A DNA stretch of 64,000 nt from Haplodiscus bocki (taxonomy: Eukaryota), in the NCBI GenBank assembly GCA_965655095.1, contig OZ296650.1, positions 133,982,001-134,046,000 of the forward strand, read 5' to 3'. How positions within the stretch are numbered: position 1 is the stretch's first letter; every line of letters begins with the position of its first letter. This document shows positions 28,046 through 37,500 of this stretch, piece by piece. The notes under the pieces were generated by a model. That model had not been told where the DNA came from. It worked only from the letters and a program-made list of their open reading frames with translations, and searched no databases. The translations under genes and the position numbers were made by a program.

Positions 28046-28063
28046 TGACCACCCAGTGGAGGC
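28046..28063 (+). repeat. Invariant junction 18-mer (N2/B)
   Basis: Exact match. Confidence 0.97.
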
Positions 28064-31000
28064 GACGGTGAAAATTACCAGAAGGCGTGAGGTTTGAATC
28101 GGTGTTTCTTTCGTGTTCAGATTTATTTTCTGCGACAAACGGGCGTAGTCCTGTCATTGTGCGTCAGTCAACGTGAAGCCGTGAAGCAGTATGTTGTCAA
28201 TTTTTGTGACGAAGACGAAAAATGCCTTTTGGGCGGCAAATATTGACAAAATTATCGTCGTCAATCCTTATTTCAGATTGTTGTTCTAACTTCTCTGTCT
28301 CCTGCATGAGAGGTAACTTTGTTTTCCTGTAGACGCACTGGATTTGCCGATGCAGTTTGGGAAAGGTGCAGTTAGGCGGTGAATACGAAGGGGCCGGAAG
28401 TATGCTGAGCAATGAACAGTTGTTATCTTGGAACAAAATATGTTTTTGTTAAAATTTAAGTTTAACAGTTACTTTTTAATCTTTCCTTCAGCTACCAAAA
28501 TTCTGGGTTTTTGTCCAATTCATTAGTAAAATTTATCTGTACTTAAAATATGAAAGGTGAGTAAAGTTTTGTTTTAACTCTAAGTTTTTATCCATACTTC
28601 TGCTGTTTCTTTTGGAGCTGTTCCCAGAAATTTTTTTGTCTCATTGCTGTTGTTGTTTCTTTAAACAAAGAAAAAACTTGACTGGTGTTCAATTACGCAC
28701 TCCAAAGTTATGTTTGGATTCTGCCTTCGTGGAAAAAACAATAATTGTTTTGTTGTTTCTAATGTTTTCTGCAGGGATGAACTTGACAATGCAGCTTTGC
28801 AATGGGATACTAACATTTAGTGAACAAAAATCAGGATATTGGAAGCGGGTGGTCTCCACGAACCTTAAGCGTTGTTTGAACCTCGAAAATCACGAGCAAG
28901 TTTCTCCAGTTTCTCATACCTATGAGATTCATTTTCAAGGTTTTCAATGATTGTTATAACTTACATTGGTTTTTTGAAAAATGTGTCTGATTAATATCAA
29001 CCACCCATTCCGCCGCTTTCGAAAATGAATTTCTGAATAGTTTTGTTGAATGAAATTTTAATGTTCAAAAAAAAAGAGGCAACGGAATGATGACTTGTTT
29101 TTGATCGACACCAGATGCTATTTTTTTTCCGGGCTCAGGTGGAGTTTTTTATTGGAAACGTTGCACTACGCATCTGGTAGGTAATTTATTTTTTTGTTGT
29201 TTTGTATTTTAATGGATAACACGATTCATCACAATCATTTCTTCAATTAAGGCTTCCTGCGCTGTAGCTGCTTCTTTTTGTTTGAATCAAGCGTTTCTTG
29301 ACGGGAAAGGTCCGGTTTCCCCTTGTGTTGGCATGAAGTTTCACTAACCAATAATGTTTTTCAATCAGCACATAAGTAGAAAAGTAAAGATGGCTACTGC
29401 ACGCTTCCTCGTGGCTTCATGTTTTCGCGTTAATTCGCTTTCTTCATTTGTTTACAACGTTGTCCGAGCCAATTTTCCCTAAATAATTACGTTTTTTATT
29501 CATGGCTTCCCATTGACATGACTGTCCTGCTTTTACGGTCAACATTTTTAAGAAAAGCACCCAACCTTTTTTTTTCCGCAATAATGTCTTCCTAAAAATA
29601 ATTTCCTTTTTTGAAGACTGTACTGACAATTCGAAATTTCCGATATTTTCGCGAAACTAATAAGTTTCGTTAGTCCAGATTGAGTAACGAACGGGGCATT
29701 TCCTCAGCTATTTAATTCCATCACTTGTTCAACATTTTACCGAATTTCAGATTCGTCCTTCCCTTCTTTGACGTTTTCTTCCTGATTTTAAATTATAGAA
29801 TTTCCAGAAGCAAATTATTGTTTTTTATTGTAGAGCTTATTATTTTATTCACAATGTTTTTCTAATTTTGCTAATTCCCATCCTGATACTCTGATCCCCC
29901 AGAGTCATTTGGAATTTTGGTGGACGGAAGGCAATTCACTTCTGCAACCTTATGCTAGTTCTCTTACGACTGTTCACATTAGCATATGTTTCTCCGCAGA
30001 CATATATAAAACATCGTTAATGTTTGTAAAGTGATTGAGTAAAAATAAAAACCTATTTCATCTTTAACTTCATAAATATCTTTTATATGCGTAACTTTTT
30101 CTCACACGCAATGGCTGGCTTTGGCAGCCTTTTTCTGCGGAATAATATTTCCGTTAACTGCCAATTTTCTCACTTGGACTAGCCTGGTTGTTTAAAAGTC
30201 AATGCTTTCGAATCTTAAGGTCCACTTTGAGGCTCTTTCTTTCCTGCAGTGAAGATTTTATGAAATGGCTCCACTGCCAGAAATTCAAAATTTCAAATAT
30301 GCTTTACTTGTAAAAGATCATCGGGAAGTGGATGTTCATCTAATTGTCAGTAGACGGAATCAAGACAATAAGAAGCCAAGGCGGGATAGCCATATTGATC
30401 AATGACTTTAACCGATTCAATTTTTCAAGTTCAATATGCAAACTATATCACAACGATTAACTGTGTCTGAATGATGCTAGGCAGTTGGAATTGCACACAA
30501 CTATGGCACTTTTTGAACATCCTTGATCCATTCTTTTTATGTTTTCATCAAGAGATTTCGTATCTGGAGCCTTGAAATTTTCCCCTCTGTTCCATCAACG
30601 TGCCTGTTCATCTATCACCGTTAACGAAAGGACATGAAATAAAACAACGAATAGAGTTTGCGGAATTTGTTACTAAGCTCTTGATTTCAAGAAGCTTTCC
30701 AACGTTGAAGTAATTTAAAAAAAATACTAAATTCATTTTTATGACGCCTAAAGACTGTCAGTAGTGGTTTACGTTGTGTATTTCAATGAAATAGGCCGTG
30801 AATATATGATTTTGAGAATTTGTCGGAGAGAAAAGGTGAATTCGACGGAGAATGATGGAAATGTAGAGCTTCCCATTGTTCCTCCCAACTGAAACAAAAT
30901 TTGTACCAACAATTATCTGTACCCCCTTATTTGTATGAAAGTGTTATTGGATGCTTTTTTTAGACTGTCAAATTCTTGAGCTTTTCCGTATCTTAAATCT

Positions 31001-31226
31001 GGTCTCTTTTCGTCTTCTATACGACATTTTCTTCGAAACCTAGATTGATGCCTGGTTTACACCAGTGAAAAAGACTACGAACCTCTGAAAACTTTGTTGG
31101 GTCTTAATTTACCCAACTTCAGTTACTTGGTGCCATTTTTTGCAAAAAGTTTTCAAGTTCCTAAGTGTTTTGTGAAACTGAAAAATTACGTTGTGTTCGA
31201 TTGAAGTCAATACAACTGCTGAGGAA

Positions 31227-31264
31227 GCCTTGGTTTTGCTCCTGTGCGTTCGCAAAACCAAGGC
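31227..31264. promoter_or_regulatory. 13-bp perfect inverted repeat GCCTTGGTTTTGC-N12-GCAAAACCAAGGC upstream of the Rep-helicase gene
   Basis: Same stem with a different 12-nt loop at 47948-47985 in unit C. Regulatory role is inferred. Confidence 0.6.
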
Positions 31265-31525
31265 GTCTGGTTTATGAATGGTTGGAATTGAATTATGATT
31301 TTTTACAGTACTGCCTTATCTTTTTCGCGGCATCGAACCTGAAATTTAATTAGGCAGGCAACGGTTTGTAATTGAACCGTAAAAGACTTCGCTCAAACGA
31401 CAATTTGATGTATTTACCTATTATACGAATTTCCCTGCTAATTCTTCAACGTGTGTTTGTATTGTAACATCTTGTTTTTTCATATAGTCATGATCCCACT
31501 GAATTAATGTCTGTTGTGTTTTACA

Positions 31526-34500
31526 ATGTCAAAACAAAACAACAAAGGAAACTTGAAGCGTCGTCGTTGTACTTCCTGTGGACAATTTGTTGGAGAACAT
31601 CATGTGTGTGCAAAATCAATTGAGCTGGAACTTCAGGTCAACGAGCCTTTAGGAATTTTATACGAAATTCCCGATGCATCAGTTGCTGTGTCACCTACCG
31701 CGAGAACGGAGATACACAGCTCGCTGAACATTTTGGGGTTGATGGACTTTTTAAAGCCTACAAAAACAGCTATCGGAAACGATACAGTTATCTGCTCCAT
31801 GCAGCCAGTCCGGGTAACAGCAGTGCTTGGGGACGGTAATTGCCTTTTTTCTTCTCTGGCAGTTGCTCTGGGACTGTCACATGAATGTGGCCCAATCATA
31901 CGTAACATTATTGTCAGCCACATGAATTTAATCAGTTTCCCCCCTAATAGCCTGCAAACATCTGTTTACTCCGATGACTTTCCCAACCAACATCGTGTTT
32001 TGAGTTGTACTTCCGTCGATGAGTACCTCCGCGAATCTAGAATGGCAGAAAATGGTGTTTTTGGAAGCTGTGTAGAAATATATTCATTTTGCCAAATCTT
32101 CAAAGTAGATGTTTTTTTGTACCATGTTCCATTCAAATCCTGGATGATTTATGAATGTTCCTCCAACGTAAATAGAAAAGGAATTTTCATTCAACAAAAC
32201 CGGAATGCAAATCACTTCGAGGTGATAACAGAGCTGGTTTCAATTGGTCCTGAAAGCTCCAGCTTATCGCAAGTTGCATCAATTAATCGCCCTCCTTCTC
32301 AATCAAGCGAAACTAATCATTGGAGTCAAGCCTTGCAGAACTGCGAAGGAACTGAAACTGAACCAGCTTCGAAAAAAAGCAAAGTCAATTCTGATTACAC
32401 CTGGGAAGAGCACCCTGACCCGCTCGCATTAAGTCTCTTCGCCAATTCTGTATCTACCAAAATGAAGAAACTTTCGGCCTTGGAAACATTATCAACAAAT
32501 TCAACGAACCTCCCAAAGAACGATTGTTCACAAATGCTGGAACCCCCATGTTTTGACTTTTCCCCAACAGATAGTGTTTCAGGAAATATGCACACGAACG
32601 GCGAGTGCCCAAATTTGGGCGGATGTGACTGTTGCGCAAAATGCATGCGCCAGTCAACAGTTCTTTACCCTTTAAAGTTGAAGTGGAAGAATAAATTTGA
32701 TCTTAAAAACCGTGTGTTTGGAAACAAGCTAACGGAGCCCATTGTTGTTTTATGTAAGCTCTGTCTTCTCTATTGCACAACCGAAAGTTATGATTGGTAC
32801 AATGCTTGGCCGTCTGTGTTTTTCAGCCTATTGAGTGATCAAGACATGCCAGTTAGAACCCAAATGGATATTTTGTCTTTGTTACCTTGGGAATTGAGAC
32901 AGCAGTGGATGACATCCATGCACTACTTTCCCCTGTGCGTTCAAAGATGTCTAAGTCGGAAACGGATTGCTGGGAAATGTTCCGTTGATGGGACGCTTCG
33001 TTTGCGTCGTTTCCACGAACTCATGAAAACCTTGAAGCAGACTAACATTGCTCTTGCCCTGGACAATGAACCTTATCCCAACGTCCGCTGCCCATATGGG
33101 TGCTGGTGTTTCATTGAAGAATCAGGTTGGATACCCGCAAATCACTTCATCAATCTTTTTGAAAGAAACTTTACCTCGTTTCAGTCCTCCAGCTTCCTGC
33201 ATCTAAGAGGAATTAGGTCCGACTTTTTGACACCATTTGTGTCCCTGCGCCAGTTCTTAGTAGCGACTACAGTGCGAGTTGATGAAAAAGCGGGACTCGT
33301 GGTTCAGGCTTGCTCCAGGCACTCAAGAGGCTCCAGTTTGCAGTACTTTCATCCGCCATCACATCCTTCGCTGGTGCGAACTACAGTGAATTATGAAGAA
33401 CGTCTTAGTGCCATCGCACCCACATTGTCGTTCATCTCAAGCATAAAAGCCAACTTCACCAGTCATACGTACCAATTGCTAAGAAGTGTTGGCTCTTACA
33501 GTGGAATGAGCACAGTCCGATTGAAGCGGAAAACGCGCTGGGATTTCACTAGTGACATTTTGTATCATGCTGAAGGCGTCGCTTGTCATTTCAGAGAAGA
33601 CATCAAAACAATGATTCGTGAGTGGGTAAGACAGGGTAAAATCCTTGATGACGTAGCTTCGGGAATGCTGGATTATGTACCGGACAAAAAGAAAGTCAAC
33701 AGTTGTTTGTCACAGGCCACTTCAATAGACTTACAAACATGCCTGAACCTCACGAAAATAGTGGAAATGAATGAAAAAGAATATCTCAACAATGTTGAGT
33801 CGTTGAGTTGTTACACTCTCGTTCATGGGAATGATGATTACGGCTGCTCTCCACCTCCTCTGGAAAATAGAGTAAGCATAGTATCGTGGATTGTGCAGGC
33901 TGCAGTTTGTGTTTCCCCAATACTTTGTCGATCCTTAGTGAACTCATCAAAATACAGTGTGACACTTAGGCCTTTGTTCACTTTACTCAGGAAAGTGTTG
34001 CTTGGCACCGCAAGAATGAATACAGCAAAAGTTTTATGGCTTGTTAGAAAATCCGAACAAGCAGTCTCAGCTGTCATAGAACAAACTAACACTGATGACA
34101 AAACAGAGGGAACAACCGACTGTTGTTGTTTTGTAGGAGCAAGGTTTCTTTCAGATTTTTGTGACACCATTCAACACGTTCCCTTAAACAAACGGAAGAA
34201 TATCGGTTCACCCACAACAGAGCAAGTTTCGTACAACATGACTCATGCCATTTTTACGACAGGTTCCCCAAAAAATTTGCGGAACAAGGTGAAACCACCG
34301 TTAACCCTGATTATTTCCGACAATGAATTCGAATTGATTGCAGTTGGAACGAAGGATGGAAGCAGCAAGGGAGAATCGAGGTGGTTAGTTAGACATGGAG
34401 GGAGGTTTCAGGGGTTTTGGCTCATTGAGAAAAGTAAAAAATTTGCCACAAAAACAGAAGGCTCTCCGACTGATGCCCTGGAAACTTTCATTCGGGGTTA

Positions 34501-37500
34501 TTGGACAATTGCAATTTATCAAAAGTCAAGAAATGTTGAATTGATTGATTTGAAGTGGAAATTTCTGAGCACTTTGACAGGTCAGGGTATTTTTATTTGT
34601 GCACATCACACAATTCCTTTAACAAGAGATTTCAGAAACAGTGGTTTCCAATGTAGATGTAATCGTGCATCGTTTTTGCGCTGCCCGCATTTGCAGTGCT
34701 ACTCTTGCGTTTGCAAGCGTCACTTCAATGAAGGTCTACAGCAGCAACACAGACGTATTTTAATTGATTCAGTACCGTTGGAGAAGTTAAATAAAACTAA
34801 TTCCCCTTCTCTGGTATCGGAATCATCTTCGTCACGGGATTTTATTGAGCCCAACAGCATGCCTGCAAATGAACCAATTCAACCAGATGCGGCAGCAGAA
34901 ACGCTTGACATTGCATCAAGCAACAGTTCGTCCGTCAGTTATATTGTTCATCCGGAAACAAATGACGAAGAATTCGAAGATGACAACTTGAGAATAATGG
35001 CTACATTAAAAACCAACTCAGATGAAAAACTGATTTCCGTGGATCTTGAACGAAAAGAAGATGCCTTCAAACTACCGCTCCATATTCTTTTAAACTCACA
35101 ATGCAATCTTCTTTATCGACGTAACGGGAATCCAATCAGCCTTTCTCTGAAAGAAAAACGTTTCCTGGAAAATATTTCAGCTGTTTCGACGTCTGCATTA
35201 CCGCTCATTCAACCCGAAGCTCTTCTTTTTCCATCGATTTTTTGGTGTCAAGCTAGCAGCGGCAGTTTTCCAGGAGCAATACCAACGGCTTTATACAATT
35301 CATCCAAGTACAACAAACAGCTGGGTTTCGCCGGTTTGGATGACATGCTTCGAACTCGAATCAAGGACGGCTCTCTTTTGACATCTTGCAATCCTACTTA
35401 TTTGCAGTATGTGTTTGATTGCCTCTTGAACATGCAGCTTCATAAAAGTGACATTAGGATAATACTAAATCGAGGATGGCAAGAAGTTAATTCGGTTCCT
35501 CATAATTGCTCTTTTCTTTCGACTCAAACTTTCAAGTTTGATTGTGCCGAAAGTCGAAAAAATGTCTGCGAACTTGCGGCTTTGATTAGAGACAAAAATC
35601 CAACCTACTTTGTGACATACACTTGTAGTCAATCGACCCACCCGGGGATTCGCAAAATCTTTGAAGCACTGCATGAAATGTATCCCGCAGAAACCACTCC
35701 AAAGGAAGTACTTGCAGCAGCAATTCAAGCTGAGCTCATGCCCATGCTCAGGTCTTGGTACCGCGCCTCTCAATATGTAATGGAATGGGTGAAAAATTCA
35801 CCAGAAGAACCACTTGGTCCTGTGTCTCATATTTGGATGAGGTACGAATGGCAAGAAGAGACAGCTGGCTTTCCACACTTGCATGCTATATTGTGCACAC
35901 CAGAAGATAAATTTAGTGATGATGTACGATCTCGAGTTTGCTGTTCAAAACAAACGTTTTTGGGTGGCTTAGAAGTCAGTTGCCCCGAATTGAACGCAGT
36001 CGAACGTTTCCAACTGGGTGAACTTTACCAAAAGTATCAAACCCATAACTGTTCGAAAGGCCGTAAACGTTGCCATAAGAAGACAGACAGGCTGGACAAA
36101 CCAATTTGTCGTGTACCTAAATATCCTCCTTCGAATTGTTTTTCTTTCAAGGAAATTCCTGTGAACTTTTCCTGCGAAACAATGGGACTTCTGCGAGAAA
36201 TGGAACTGGCAGACATAGATGAAAACTCGCTATTCCCAAAAGTGAAAGATCCTTTAACGGCCGGAAAACATCATTATCCCACTGTTTCTAACGAACATTA
36301 TTCACCAACGAACGCTGCTCTTTTTGCTTTGACACAATCCAGCACCAATGTTCAAATATGTGACGACTACATGGCCCCCCGCTACGTTGCAAAATATGCA
36401 GCCGGCATTGAATCTCGAGCAGTTGCCAAAATTGTTGCTGGTGAAACAGAAAATAGTGTCACAGTTTTAACAGAACCAATCGCACATGAAAAAATAGCTG
36501 GGGTACAGGCTTCGCAAAAGAAAATGAGAGGCGATGAAAAACAAAAATCGGTAACTGGTCGTGTGGTCAGCATAACAGAGTGTCTCTGGTGGTCCTTACA
36601 GCTTCCTTATGTCTGCACAAATGTCGATTTTGTTCACGTGCCAACTGTTCCCAAAGAAAATCGATCTGGAATTATCACTGAAAAACGCTTTAGCAATAAA
36701 ATTAAGTTGGGCGCCACGTTTATGGAAGGAATCCGAGTTCGGAAACACGTTTTACAACTTCCAAAGCACCGGCAATTCACAAGAACACAAAGTTTTCTTC
36801 TTGCAGATGTTGAAAACAGCTCTATTTCGCCAGACAAAGTAACAGTTTTTGGACTCCGCCCACCTGAACTTTTGTTTGTCTCGAAGTTAAAAAATTACTA
36901 CAGTTGGTTTGTTCGTTGTAAACCGCAAACAAAAAAATCCATCAGCAATCATGAAGTGTTCTTGAAGAGAAGCTTCCGCAGAAGTTGTTGGGTTGATGCA
37001 TTGGGGTATTTGGTTAAACTACGCCCTTGTTCAGTGGACGCTTTCGTAAATTTCTGTCGTGCAAATGGTACCGATGGACGGGATGGGATTCTGAAACGCG
37101 AAATGAGAATACACATTGTTCCGTTGCTTGTGACGAAAAAAGCATCACAATTTGTTGCTCACTGGAAGCAGTTGTCCGAAGAAGATGCCGTGGTTGTTTT
37201 CAGTAACGTTTTGCCGAATAACCCAACTAAATTTCTACTACATGTGCTCTTGACTAATGGAGAATTTGACACAGAGATGGACATTCTGAACGTGCAGTCT
37301 TTCAAAGAAGCTTTCACAACAGCTAAAATTATTCCAAGCTGTAACATAAACGCCAAGACCGTGCAAAATTTAACACGGAATTATTTGCTGAAACAGCTGC
37401 GTTTTGTACCTGGGTCCTCGAAACTAATTGACAAATACCTTTTAATGGCTCACAGTGTTCTTTCAGAGGCTCTGTTAGTAAACAGCCTTTATTTCGCTGC

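Larger units (their letters stand above)
26989..28063 (+). mobile_element. Unit N2: non-autonomous mini-element (1057 bp period), diverged sister of N1
   Basis: Colinear with N1; more substitutions in the left half, near-identical right end. Confidence 0.85.
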
